From an uncultured Gammaproteobacteria bacterium (lineage in GTDB: Bacteria > Patescibacteriota > Microgenomatia > UBA10105 > UBA927), in assembly GCA_964349125.1 (NCBI GenBank), contig CAYGFH010000005.1, forward strand, positions 38,211 to 98,735: a stretch of DNA of 60,525 nt. The letters run 5' to 3'. The first letter of the stretch is position 1; every line of letters starts with the position of its first letter. Position numbers and translations under genes: made by a program. Positions 28,921 to 38,509 of the stretch are shown here, one piece after another. The notes under the pieces were generated by a model. The model worked only from the letters and a program-made list of their open reading frames with translations, had not been told where the DNA came from and searched no databases.

Positions 28921-29475
28921 ATGAACATTTTTGAGAAAAATGATCGTTTTCGTGGAGATCCGTATGGCTGGCTCCCCCGTGGAGAAAATGCCGGTGTTTC
29001 GTTCGTCAAAATGAAACCTTTATCGGTTGATGATATAAAACGATTTACTTCACAATTATTTTTTGTAGAGGCAGATCCTGGTGATGGTGTTTTTATACCC
29101 AATGGAAGTGTTGGCGTGACGCGAGATTTTGGCCCGTGCTCGGCAGCCATATTAACCGGTATCAATGATTACTCTTGGTTAGGACATTTAAAACCGGGAA
29201 CAGGTATTCCACCCGAACATGTACAGCAAATTAGACGCGATATAAATGCAGGTTCTCAATTGAATATTGCTCTTGTCGGCGGGTGTGAATTTAACAGAAC
29301 CGGTATGGGATCATATCGACAAAGTCAGATTGTCACAATACAAAAGCAGTTTGCAGATTCCGGTTTATCTGTTGCTATTCAAGCGTATTGGAATCCTGTT
29401 GCGGACTCCTGGATGTTTGCTGCTGTCCATGCTAACTTTGGCCACGCCACAGCCACCGTAGCTTACGAATTATAG
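28921..29475 (+). CDS. CheD/CNF1/YfiH-like Cys-His hydrolase (putative deamidase)
   Basis: TRDFGPCSAAIL...WLGHL spacing resembles CheD TxGLGSCV...GxxH. Confidence 0.55.
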   Translation: MNIFEKNDRFRGDPYGWLPRGENAGVSFVKMKPLSVDDIKRFTSQLFFVEADPGDGVFIPNGSVGVTRDFGPCSAAILTGINDYSWLGHLKPGTGIPPEHVQQIRRDINAGSQLNIALVGGCEFNRTGMGSYRQSQIVTIQKQFADSGLSVAIQAYWNPVADSWMFAAVHANFGHATATVAYEL

Positions 29476-29774
29476 TCATCAAATTCAATTATCCTCACGG
29501 AAAAATATATTGTTTAAAAATATACAACAAAAACTTCATTTTATTGACATTATAGGATATAATATGGGTACCTGCGTGGAAACAGGTATGTATGTTGCCA
29601 CACCGACCCACACATGCGTGGAATCGGGGGGCGACTACGAGCTCTTTAACATGGGATAAGGGTGTGTATATCTCCTTTTTTGCTTCATTTTTTGCCCGGA
29701 AACATGGTCACAGTCGTCCTGCGGCCGTATCTACGGGCAAAAAATTCAAAATCAGAAAGATTGGAGATAGCGAA

Positions 29775-30638
29775 ATGAATAAAAAATATGGTAGGTTAGT
29801 TTTGCTGCTTGTTGCAGCAATCGTATTGTCGGCTTGTGGCGGCGTCAGTGGCCCCAAATTGACCATTACGACTGTGGTTGTCGCGCAAGTTGGAGATGTC
29901 GAATTCGAGTTGACGACGTTAGGTTCGGAAGCGATTTCCGTTTCGAAGGTTGAAAACGAAGACACCGGTGCCTCCAGTTGGAATGCTGACCTGGCGAAGC
30001 TTGCTAAGGCTCGTTCAGACGCTGAAACTGAGGTCGCTGCTATGAACGGGCGGTATGATGCAATCAACGGCATCAGCCACCCCAAAATTGTGTTGGAATC
30101 GTCTGAACTTGACGAGCTCATTGCGGCGAAAGGCGTCATAAAGAAAGGGAAGTACGAAGGTAGTGAGATCACGATAGTCTATCGTGTAGAGGGCGGCGAT
30201 GATCTCAAATTCAATAGCCTGGTAGGTGATAGAATCAGCTTCACAATCAACATTGCTGACGGCGGGCTTGTAGGAGATTTCTCTCAACCGACAGCCAGCT
30301 TCGTATCTTTCCTGCAAGGAGATAGGCTACCTGAGGCGAAAATTCGCGTAGACATGCGGTCCGATTTCTATGATCCAAGCCTTCGTGTAATCGAGTCTGG
30401 ACATCTGGGAACTCTTACCGTTCTCAACACAAATAATGGTCCTGTGTGCGATATCGCCAATGCTTTATTGAGCTTCATCTCAGCACAAAATGGTGGAAAC
30501 ATTGTCAAGAGGGTTTGGACAAATGGACCTTCCATGACCATCTCATTATGGGAGGATCGCAATCCACCCACACCCACCCCGTATCCCTCCTCAACGCCTT
30601 ATTCGCCGGCTACGCCCGTACCGACGATAATGCCGTAG
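29775..30638 (+). CDS. Putative lipoprotein with Pro/Thr-rich C-terminal tail
   Basis: MNKKYGRLVLLLVAAIVLSA|CGG signal peptide with lipobox; GGAGA upstream. Confidence 0.8.
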   Translation: MNKKYGRLVLLLVAAIVLSACGGVSGPKLTITTVVVAQVGDVEFELTTLGSEAISVSKVENEDTGASSWNADLAKLAKARSDAETEVAAMNGRYDAINGISHPKIVLESSELDELIAAKGVIKKGKYEGSEITIVYRVEGGDDLKFNSLVGDRISFTINIADGGLVGDFSQPTASFVSFLQGDRLPEAKIRVDMRSDFYDPSLRVIESGHLGTLTVLNTNNGPVCDIANALLSFISAQNGGNIVKRVWTNGPSMTISLWEDRNPPTPTPYPSSTPYSPATPVPTIMP

Positions 30639-30653
30639 AGGCTTCCACGCAGA

Positions 30654-30720
30654 TCCTTAACCGGGTCGCCAATGTTTTTTTTGTAATTTATTGGCGCCCG
30701 GTTAGGATTTGTTTTTTTCA
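30654..30720 (+). terminator. Long-stem terminator-like hairpin
   Basis: atcct-taaccggg...gccaat / attggcg-cccggttaggat followed by a U-rich tract. Confidence 0.65.
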
Positions 30721-30896
30721 ACGAAAACTCCCTAAGCGAATATACCCAGTTACTAATTAATTACCTTGTAATCTAGTTTGCTATCATGTCCCGCATGGGG
30801 ATAAAAATACCGTTACATAGTAGCAAAAATTTACCCCGTAACACAGTAAGCAAGCTGATGAGCAATATATTGCTACAATGAAGAATCAGGGAGATG

Positions 30897-31550
30897 CTAG
30901 ATAATAATTTTCAGTGATCTGAGGATCGGTATGATTACCTCGAGTGGCAATCCGATCACGTTAGTGTAACTTCCGTCCACTTTCGTCACCAAATCCCATG
31001 GCGCTTCATTGAGCGCATATCCACCCGCAAACCGGGTGAAATCAAATCGTCCGATGTAACTTTCCACCTCAGGACCTGTCATTTTTCTGAATGTTACTTT
31101 TGTGACAACGGTCTTTTCCCACGTTTTCTTTGCTTTGCCTTCCTGAACGAGTGTGACATGTACTGCTGTGACAAATTCATGAGTTTTTCCCATCAGGGCG
31201 CTCAACATTTGTTTTGTGTCTTCACGGTCCGCAGATTTTCCAAACACCTTGGCTCCGAGCACTGCCATAGAATCAGCGGCAATAATCAGGGATTCGCGTT
31301 CCTCAGGAATGCTGTATACACGGGGGTGTTGCAATACTTCCGCAGCCTTTGCTGCCGCTCTCTTTTTGATTGTCAGTTCCGGTTTTTTGTCTACAATTGC
31401 GTCTTCATCCACACGTGCTACGACCACACGGAAACGGACGCCGAGTTTTTCGAGGATCATTTTTCGTCCGACTGATTGTGATGCGAGGATCACATCTGGT
31501 TTTGGCGGTTCTTCTGGTGGGGCATTTTTGGAAGCGAAAGATAATTTCAT
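30897..31550 (-). CDS. maf: Maf family nucleotide pyrophosphatase
   Basis: ILASQSVGRK, IIAADS and AGGYA motifs plus GSYTNVIGLP. Confidence 0.93.
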   Translation of the reverse strand: MKLSFASKNAPPEEPPKPDVILASQSVGRKMILEKLGVRFRVVVARVDEDAIVDKKPELTIKKRAAAKAAEVLQHPRVYSIPEERESLIIAADSMAVLGAKVFGKSADREDTKQMLSALMGKTHEFVTAVHVTLVQEGKAKKTWEKTVVTKVTFRKMTGPEVESYIGRFDFTRFAGGYALNEAPWDLVTKVDGSYTNVIGLPLEVIIPILRSLKIII

Positions 31551-31671
31551 ATGATCGTATTTTAGCAGATTGTGATGGAATTTACTAGATAAATCATTTT
31601 TGTGCTCCCCAAGTGGAATCATCCCGCTTTGCGGGATTTCGCTCCAATATATCGGAGCTCAAAACGACGTG

Positions 31672-31743
31672 TACCTCCAGAAGGAATTGAACCCTCATCG
31701 TACCCTTAGGACGGGTCTGCTCTATCCGTTGAGCTATGGAGGC
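31672..31743 (-). tRNA. tRNA-Arg(CCT)
   Basis: GCCTCCA...anticodon loop GT-CCT-AA...TTCAATT...TGGAGGT A cloverleaf. Confidence 0.9.
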
Positions 31744-31809
31744 GTACGCACATTATACACGAGTGACACCACCATGTTGTATACCGTGTGGTTTCTGTGT
31801 ATTATATAA

Positions 31810-32204
31810 ATATGTATTCTTCGCATAAAAAAGGGATATTGGGTGAGCTTGAATTTGCATTACATCTTATTAAACAGGGCTATACAGTGCTTCAGCCAGT
31901 AAATCCCAATTCCAGTTACGATTTAGTTACAGAAAAAGAAAATACGTTTCAAAGAATTCAGGTTAAATATTTAACGCCAAAAAATGGTATACTTCGCATT
32001 GAGCTGGAACGGCCAAAAAGAAAAACGGCGAATTACAGATCCAGGGAAGTAGATGCGTTTGGCGTGTATGATCCAAGCCATCAGAAGTTTTATTTAATTC
32101 CCATCGGTAAAATTACCAGTAAATCAGATTTTTGGCTTCGGGTTGAAAAACCTAAAAATGCACAACTGAAGAATGTGCATTTGGCACAAGAGTTTGAAAT
32201 TTAA
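31810..32204 (+). CDS. Group I intron-associated-type PD-(D/E)XK endonuclease
   Basis: GELEFA...YDLV...RIQVK...YRSREVDAFGVYDP motif series. Confidence 0.85.
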
Positions 32205-32208
32205 TTCT

Positions 32209-32281
32209 CGGGGTGTAGCACAGTTGGTAGTGCGCTTCGTTCGGGACGAAGAGGTCGGCGGTTCGAATCCGCCCACTCCGA
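32209..32281 (+). tRNA. tRNA-Pro(CGG)
   Basis: CGGGGTG...TT-CGG-GA...TTCGAAT...CACTCCG A cloverleaf. Confidence 0.95.
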
Positions 32282-32316
32282 CAAGAGTATTTTTTGCGAT
32301 TTATGTACTCCAAGGG

Positions 32317-32345
32317 TTGACGAAGCCAAGAGATTATCCTATAAT
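32317..32345 (+). promoter_or_regulatory. sigma70-type promoter
   Basis: TTGACG-N17-TATAAT. Confidence 0.7.
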
Positions 32346-32490
32346 AATATTGTTTTCTATAAATAAGAACCGACAGCGGCTCTTTTTTTTGTGGGAAACG
32401 AACCTTAACATGTGCGGAGATTACATGAATACGTCACCAATATGGTTTTATATATAGTGAAGCCAAATTGGTGGCGTATTGGAGGATTCG

Positions 32491-32802
32491 ATGGCTGTGC
32501 TGTTTCAAGGCGAAGTATTTACTGCGGAGAAGGACTGGGTTGTAAGATTTGACTTGGTGGAGAAAGGCCAAGACAAATATGAGCTTCAGTATAACCTTCT
32601 AATGGAAGAGAAAGATAAAAGTATCACTTCAAGAGCTAAAAGTGAAATAATTATCCATAAATCCATGAATAGGGAGGAACAGATATCCCTTGCATTAAGT
32701 ATTCTCGCTCCCGTGGTTAGAAAGAAATTATGGAAAGATGATAGGCACGAATACGTAAACCCAGAGATTGAGAGACAATTAAGAGAGAAATGGCCCAAAT
32801 AG
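32491..32802 (+). CDS. Small hypothetical protein
   Basis: GGAGG upstream of ATG 32491; charged composition. Confidence 0.7.
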   Translation: MAVLFQGEVFTAEKDWVVRFDLVEKGQDKYELQYNLLMEEKDKSITSRAKSEIIIHKSMNREEQISLALSILAPVVRKKLWKDDRHEYVNPEIERQLREKWPK

Positions 32803-32965
32803 CTTTAACCGTAATCCCGCACTAAACATCAAATACTCCCGACTATCCTCACGGATAGCATACCGCCTGCCACCAGCACTACGGTATGGGATCACCAGCA
32901 TAAAACCATGCGCACAGTTCTGCGCCTATGCAACACGTGATCTTTTGGGAGTATTTTTTTTTACC

Positions 32966-34294
32966 TTACCGTAAATTCACTGTGTAGAGGTTTGGGAGTG
33001 TGGCAGCATTGCCGTTGAGGTTCGTCATAATGATGATACGGCTGCCGTTACTCCAGGGGGCTACAAATCCGTCCACAAAAGGCCCAGAATACAGCGTGGT
33101 CCAGTTAGTGCGGTCATACTCCATAATATCAATCTTCCCCTGTAAAGTGAGTATCAGATGTCTGCTGGTTGGGAACCAATGAATATATTCGTCTATTTTT
33201 GGAGAGGGGAGTGCTGCCTGTTTTGTCGGTTGTCGCAGCGGTGCTTTGTTGGCGGTAGGTGTCGGTGTTAATGTGGGGATAGTGATTTCCTTGGTATCGA
33301 GTAGAAAATAGTTTTTATCTTCTTTACTGTCATAGACATAGATTTTCCCCGGTAATATCGTTCTGTTTTCTTCCGTAGAATTTGTGCCAATAAGCGGTGG
33401 ATTGATAGCGATTGGTATAGTTGCGCTGGCTGTCGCTTCATATAAAATTTTCGTTTCATCGGGCGATACGGATATGATACGGGCACTACTGGATGCGATA
33501 TCAATGACCTGTTGATCGAACGCTTCCAATTTTTGATGCTCTTTGATACTGCGTTCATCAGTCCATTCTGACATAAGCGTCTCGTGAGTCAGGGTAACAT
33601 CGGTGTATGAATCAGGGTTATTGATATTGTAAAGATGGTATATGATAGTGTTGTGAACTAGCAGTTGTGTTGAATCAGGAGACCACAATATAGTGGCTTT
33701 TTGTATATCAATACCATCCGTAAATGGTGCTATGTATATCGGATCACGATTTCTTCCAAGTGGTCCTTCTGACAGTGTATATACCCAGAGACCCGCTTTT
33801 TTCTGTAGAGCCTCGTCTAAATGTTCTTGAGGGACTGTGTACGCAATTTTATTGCCGTCCGGGGATAGTATAGGGCGTTCCACTCCGAGATTTGTGAGCG
33901 GGGATAAGCTCGGATTGCTGGGAAACAGTACCGCATCTGTTTTCGATACAACTTCTCCCTGTACCCGTATTTTCTTTTGCCATGATATATATCCCTCCTT
34001 CGATATGGTGACTGTGTACCAACCAGGTTCGATCGCTACAGAATTATTCGTTGCTGTTTTTAATTTCCCCTCTATAAATACCTGTGCTCCAACTGGGTCG
34101 CTTATGGTAGAAAGTAAACCGGTAGGTTTGAGGGAACTCTGTTTTATATCCAGCCGGTATCCGCGTCCATATGCGATAACCATCGCAGACACACCAAGAA
34201 TAGAACAAAATGTAACAAAAGATATAAAAAGTGGTCTATATTTGCGCATTTTATGAGAGACCATATATCCCAATAGTATACCTTGATGCACCAC
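32966..34294 (-). CDS. PEGA domain-containing membrane-anchored protein with beta-propeller-like C-terminus
   Basis: TM + YGRGYR, SDPVGAQVFIEG...GWYTVTISKEGY (PEGA), repeated SPDG/SPDS/SPDE motifs; start uncertain. Confidence 0.85.
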   Translation of the reverse strand: MVHQGILLGYMVSHKMRKYRPLFISFVTFCSILGVSAMVIAYGRGYRLDIKQSSLKPTGLLSTISDPVGAQVFIEGKLKTATNNSVAIEPGWYTVTISKEGYISWQKKIRVQGEVVSKTDAVLFPSNPSLSPLTNLGVERPILSPDGNKIAYTVPQEHLDEALQKKAGLWVYTLSEGPLGRNRDPIYIAPFTDGIDIQKATILWSPDSTQLLVHNTIIYHLYNINNPDSYTDVTLTHETLMSEWTDERSIKEHQKLEAFDQQVIDIASSSARIISVSPDETKILYEATASATIPIAINPPLIGTNSTEENRTILPGKIYVYDSKEDKNYFLLDTKEITIPTLTPTPTANKAPLRQPTKQAALPSPKIDEYIHWFPTSRHLILTLQGKIDIMEYDRTNWTTLYSGPFVDGFVAPWSNGSRIIIMTNLNGNAATLPNLYTVNLR

Positions 34295-34401
34295 ATAAAC
34301 TCAAGGATATAGGAGTTTATGAGTATAACTCTGCCTAATTCAGATTGAGTTTTGGGATCATCAGAATAAGGCAGAGTAATGTGCTAAAATGCTATTACAA
34401 T

Positions 34402-34468
34402 GTCATTCCCGCGAAGGCGGGAATCTAAATGATTTTACTGATGGATCCCCGATCAGGTCGGGGATGAC
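34402..34468. repeat. Composite REP-like element (GTCATTCCCGCGAAGGCGGGAATC ... GATCCCCGATCAGGTCGGGGATGAC)
   Basis: Two palindromes with GTCAT/ATGAC ends; related half copy at 43533..43559. Confidence 0.8.
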
Positions 34469-34478
34469 AAGAAAAATA

Positions 34479-35648
34479 ATGTTCAACAGATTTACCAAGC
34501 GCATCGGCATTGATTTAGGCACGGCAAATTCAGTTGTGTGGCTGGCTGGTGAGGGCGTGGTGATGAATGAGCCGACCGTTGTGGCTGTGACAGTCGATGA
34601 CAATAGAGTTGTGGCCGTAGGTAATGAGGCCAAAGAGATGTTGGGCAGAACTCCCGGAAACATAGTTGCCACGCGTCCTATGCGTGATGGCGTGATTGCA
34701 GATTATCGCATCACAGAGGCTTTATTGTCCTATCTTTTGGATAAGGCAGCGGGGCGAAACCGCATGTTCAAACCTGAAGTCATGATATGTGTCCCAAGCG
34801 GTGTGACGCAAGTGGAGCGTCGTGCTGTGCTGGATGCCACATTGTCAGCTGGAGCCAAAGTTGCGTACCTCATAGAAGAACCGCTTGCAGCAGCCATTGG
34901 TGCGAAGATCCCCATAGCCCAAGCGTCGGGTCACATGATCGTCGATATCGGCGGAGGATCCACAGAGGCTGCAGTTGTCTCATTGGGCGGTGTCGTGGTT
35001 CACAAGAGCGCTAGAGTGGCCGGAAACAAGCTCGATGAAGCGATAGCACAGTATATCAAGAAAAAATACAATCTCATTATCGGTGAGCGTATGGCTGAGC
35101 AGATCAAGATTACGCTCGGGGACGCTCTGCTGGTAAAGCCAACTGAGTCCACCGGCATGAGTTTTGATGCGCTCATGAAAAAAGATAAAAAAGGTGCTTC
35201 CGGGATTGCCCATAATTCAGCGATTCTGCAGGATCATGCACAACAGGGTAGGCAAAGTAAGCAGTTAGGACAAGATAAACCCCGTGCAGACGGAAAAAGC
35301 GATGTTATGGAAATCCGCGGCCGCGATGCCATAACCGGGCTGCCCAGGATGCTGGAGCTTTCCCGGTGGGAAGTAGCCGAATCCATCACGGGAGTCCTTC
35401 AGCACATCATAGGCGCCGTCAAAGCAGTGCTTGAGGACACCCCTCCTGAACTGGCAGCGGACATCATAGACAAAGGAATTGTGATGGCAGGTGGCACGAG
35501 CATGCTGACAAACTTAGATAAACTGATGACACAAATGACAGGAGTTGTCTGTCATGTGGCGGAAGATCCTCTCTTGTGTGTAGTGCGCGGCACAGGAGTT
35601 GCGATAGAAAATATCGAGCTATACAGAAGAAGTATAAATAGAAAATAG
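34479..35648 (+). CDS. mreB: Rod shape-determining protein MreB (with internal insertion)
   Basis: GIDLGTANS, NEPTVVA, RPMRDGVIAD, DIGGGST, AGGTSML. Confidence 0.97.
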   Translation: MFNRFTKRIGIDLGTANSVVWLAGEGVVMNEPTVVAVTVDDNRVVAVGNEAKEMLGRTPGNIVATRPMRDGVIADYRITEALLSYLLDKAAGRNRMFKPEVMICVPSGVTQVERRAVLDATLSAGAKVAYLIEEPLAAAIGAKIPIAQASGHMIVDIGGGSTEAAVVSLGGVVVHKSARVAGNKLDEAIAQYIKKKYNLIIGERMAEQIKITLGDALLVKPTESTGMSFDALMKKDKKGASGIAHNSAILQDHAQQGRQSKQLGQDKPRADGKSDVMEIRGRDAITGLPRMLELSRWEVAESITGVLQHIIGAVKAVLEDTPPELAADIIDKGIVMAGGTSMLTNLDKLMTQMTGVVCHVAEDPLLCVVRGTGVAIENIELYRRSINRK

Positions 35649-35779
35649 CCTTATAGTAGTCATTTATCGACCAAAATATGTTAAAAAATACATATTGTCG
35701 ACACTATAAAAATATACCCTAGAGTAATATTTTTATACGAAGGTATAGCCGGAAAAAATATTATCACAATAATTTAATT

Positions 35780-36670
35780 ATGAGTCTTCATGCGGTAAAT
35801 ATACAGGGAATAAATATTACAAATTCTTCAAAAAAAGAAATCCTAGAAGTTTTGAGAAAGTTCTTGATTGATGGCGCATGGAATGGTCAAAAATCATCCA
35901 AAAACAGCAGAAAAACCATCACAATTGTGACCCCAAATCCCGAACAACTGGTGTTGGCGAAGAACAATTTGGCATTCAGTGAAGTGCTGAATCAGGCCGA
36001 TGTGGCGATCCCTGATGGTATCGGATTGGTGTGGGCTAGTCGCATACTCTCATCATTTCGAATTTCGAATTTCGAATTTCGAATTTCACACACTATTCCC
36101 GGCGTCGATTTTATGGAGGAGCTGGTGGGAATTGCTGCAAAACAGCACGTCCCAATAGCACTTATTGGCGGCAAATCAAAAGTAGCAGTCAGCGCATTTG
36201 AGTGCTTACGACAGAATCATCCTGACCTGCTTGGTGTCGCGCTGGATGCTCCTGATTTTATGATTACAGCGTCAGGACTGTCCATGAATGGCTCCATTGA
36301 TGAGTATTTCAAAAAACTGTCAGAAACGCTCGGTCTGGAGAAGATTGGCGTTATTTTCGTCGCCCTCGGTGCTCCAAAACAGGAGTTTTTTATGGAAAGA
36401 ATACGAGACTCGTTAACCGAAAAAGAACAAGCACGCATCGCGATTATCGATTCACGATTAGCGGTTAGCCGGATTATTCTCATGTCCGTCGGCGGCGCAT
36501 TTGATGAGATATCCGGTCGGATACCCCGTGCGCCCGGATGGGTGAGTAGGGTAGGCATGAAATGGCTTTGGCGGCTTATGCTTGAACCGTGGAGAATTAA
36601 ACGGCAATTTGCACTGCTTATGTTTGTCGTATCTGTGCTTAAAGAACGGCTATTTATTCGTGTGAAATAG
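35780..36670 (+). CDS. WecB/TagA/CpsF family glycosyltransferase
   Basis: VTPNPEQ, IPDGIG, VALGAPKQE, VGGAFD, RAPGW, EPWRIKRQ. Confidence 0.93.
   Translation: MSLHAVNIQGINITNSSKKEILEVLRKFLIDGAWNGQKSSKNSRKTITIVTPNPEQLVLAKNNLAFSEVLNQADVAIPDGIGLVWASRILSSFRISNFEFRISHTIPGVDFMEELVGIAAKQHVPIALIGGKSKVAVSAFECLRQNHPDLLGVALDAPDFMITASGLSMNGSIDEYFKKLSETLGLEKIGVIFVALGAPKQEFFMERIRDSLTEKEQARIAIIDSRLAVSRIILMSVGGAFDEISGRIPRAPGWVSRVGMKWLWRLMLEPWRIKRQFALLMFVVSVLKERLFIRVK
36055..36087 (+). repeat. (ATTTCGA)x4 + ATTTC heptamer microsatellite inside WecB/TagA
   Basis: 33 nt, frame-preserving, encoding part of SFRISNFEFRIS. Confidence 0.9.
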
Positions 36671-36748
36671 GCTCAATCGTTCGTTCTATTCAATGCTGGC
36701 GGTATCTTTAATCGCTCGTCAGCGTGGGTGAGCAATTTTCAGGAATAC

Positions 36749-36949
36749 TTATCTTCTTTCAAGGGAAGTTGTGCTTGCGGGTGGAGCATCAGGAGTTGGT
36801 GGTCTGAGATCTGCATGTGCCTCTCGTAAATCCCTGGCAATTTCATCTTGTACATCCGCAGGCAGTCCTTCAGGAACTCCATCGACTGCAGTTGATTCAT
36901 TTCCTGGTACCGGTCCGCCTGTTGGTGTTGGCATACCAATATTGTACAA
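36749..36949 (-). CDS. Small Pro-rich hypothetical protein
   Basis: 66-aa ORF. Confidence 0.5.
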   Translation of the reverse strand: MYNIGMPTPTGGPVPGNESTAVDGVPEGLPADVQDEIARDLREAHADLRPPTPDAPPASTTSLERR

Positions 36950-37103
36950 AATAGTAGAAAAATGTCCAGATAGTATATATATTTATATATATTGATATAT
37001 TAATTCCCATGAAAAAGCACCGATGTCATGAAGGTTGGTTGAGAGGATAAGTCTCACTCAGCGATTCAATCGTCGGTGCGTTTCACAGTGATGTTACTCC
37101 TCC

Positions 37104-37340
37104 TTACTTGGGTATCGTTCCGGTGAAGGCAGGGTTTCCCTTCAGTGTTTGGATTTCATCGTCGTTCAATTCAGTAGCCTCAAATTCTGGCTCAGTGTCG
37201 AGATTGATGGTTTTTCGAGCGTGCCCACCCGAATTATCTAATACCTTTGTTGCATTCTTGCCATCGAGGTCTACCTGATACAGCGTCTCCATCGCCCCTA
37301 TTTTAAAAATTTGATTGGGCTTTAACTTTGAACTTTTCAT
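37104..37340 (-). CDS. Small hypothetical protein
   Basis: Translationally coupled to 37337..37576. Confidence 0.7.
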   Translation of the reverse strand: MKSSKLKPNQIFKIGAMETLYQVDLDGKNATKVLDNSGGHARKTINLDTEPEFEATELNDDEIQTLKGNPAFTGTIPK

Positions 37341-37576
37341 ATTTGCTCCATAACTTTACTTCCTTTCACTATCGTTAAAACTTCAGGATTGCTGGTCTCA
37401 AGTGCTTTAATGAGGCCATCAATCGATGTTTCATCCGGCGCTGTAAGTTCTCCGTTGATAAAAATCGTTCCGTTGTACGGAGCAACGGTTAGGCCAGGCA
37501 ATTGGGAAATGCGCTCATAACACGCTACTGATCCGTCATGAGCTGTTATAACGACGTTGAACTTCACTGTGATCAC
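37337..37576 (-). CDS. Small hypothetical protein
   Basis: SD AAAGGAGGTGA; GTG start. Confidence 0.75.
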   Translation of the reverse strand: MITVKFNVVITAHDGSVACYERISQLPGLTVAPYNGTIFINGELTAPDETSIDGLIKALETSNPEVLTIVKGSKVMEQI

Positions 37577-37848
37577 CTCCTTTCCATGAGTAATTTCGGA
37601 TCACAACGCGACCTCGAACTGTTCAAAGCCATGTTGTGATCCAAAATAGGGAAGAGAGGTGTATGTTAAGGTGCTATAATCGCATGACGTGAGCGCATAT
37701 GCTACGTATGCAATTAGGCTAATAGTATTTCTGAAGGATTTGAAGGTCAATAAGCAACAAAAAAGCCGGCGGGTACAATAGAGTGGTGAGGATATTCCTC
37801 GATTTCACACCTATTGCCCCTACCGGCATTCTTGACTTCTTTGCGGAT

Positions 37849-38139
37849 TTATTCCAGTAATTCCTCCATCTTGCTCAAAATTCCAGACAGTTTTTTCTTA
37901 TCGTTCTGGTTCACAAGCCACCGAACGTACTCGAGAAACGATTCAGGGCAAACGTGCTGATGTTTCGTGTCCTGAAATTGGAAGGCGTCCCCGAGGCCCC
38001 AGAGCACTTTATCGTCCCCAGACACGCCGGTCATTTCTCCGAGTTGCGTTGCTACTTTCATGTAAGCCTGTGCCCAGGTGCTATTGAGAGCGGCTTCAAC
38101 ATTATCTGTCTTCAACATGTTCACGGTTGATACTATCAT
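37849..38139 (-). CDS. Small hypothetical protein (start MIVSTVN)
   Basis: ATGA overlap with the upstream gene; AAGGAG SD. Confidence 0.7.
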   Translation of the reverse strand: MIVSTVNMLKTDNVEAALNSTWAQAYMKVATQLGEMTGVSGDDKVLWGLGDAFQFQDTKHQHVCPESFLEYVRWLVNQNDKKKLSGILSKMEELLE

Positions 38140-38381
38140 GATGACTCCTTGATCGTTACAACAGCGTCGTTGCCAAAGCTTTTCACTTTGCCAACTTTTA
38201 AGAATGCGCGGGAGTGCCATTGCGCCTTAGTGCAGCGCACCTTAACGAAGTAATCTGTGCTGGTTGCCTCTATCACAACGAATTCATTTCCCGCGAAGGT
38301 CACGATCTTCTTTCCGACCAATCCTCCTTCTTTCCGAAGTTCCCCAATTGTTTTTGTTTTGGTTTCGGCTTTTTTTGCCAT
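38136..38381 (-). CDS. Small basic hypothetical protein
   Basis: Lys-rich 81 aa; TGGAG upstream. Confidence 0.7.
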   Translation of the reverse strand: MAKKAETKTKTIGELRKEGGLVGKKIVTFAGNEFVVIEATSTDYFVKVRCTKAQWHSRAFLKVGKVKSFGNDAVVTIKESS

Positions 38382-38509
38382 GTTTCAGTTCTCCAAGAGT
38401 AGTTCAAAATAATTCGCCTCGTTCATGCTCATTCATGCGTTAAAAGCGAAAAGGGATGAGATACTAGGCAAAAGGTCAGACCGTTTGCTCTTCACCTGAG
38501 TGCTCTATC

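Noticed and set aside
37010-37830. Integron attC cassettes
   Set aside because: The hairpins lack RYYYAAC/GTTRRRY ends and no integrase is present.
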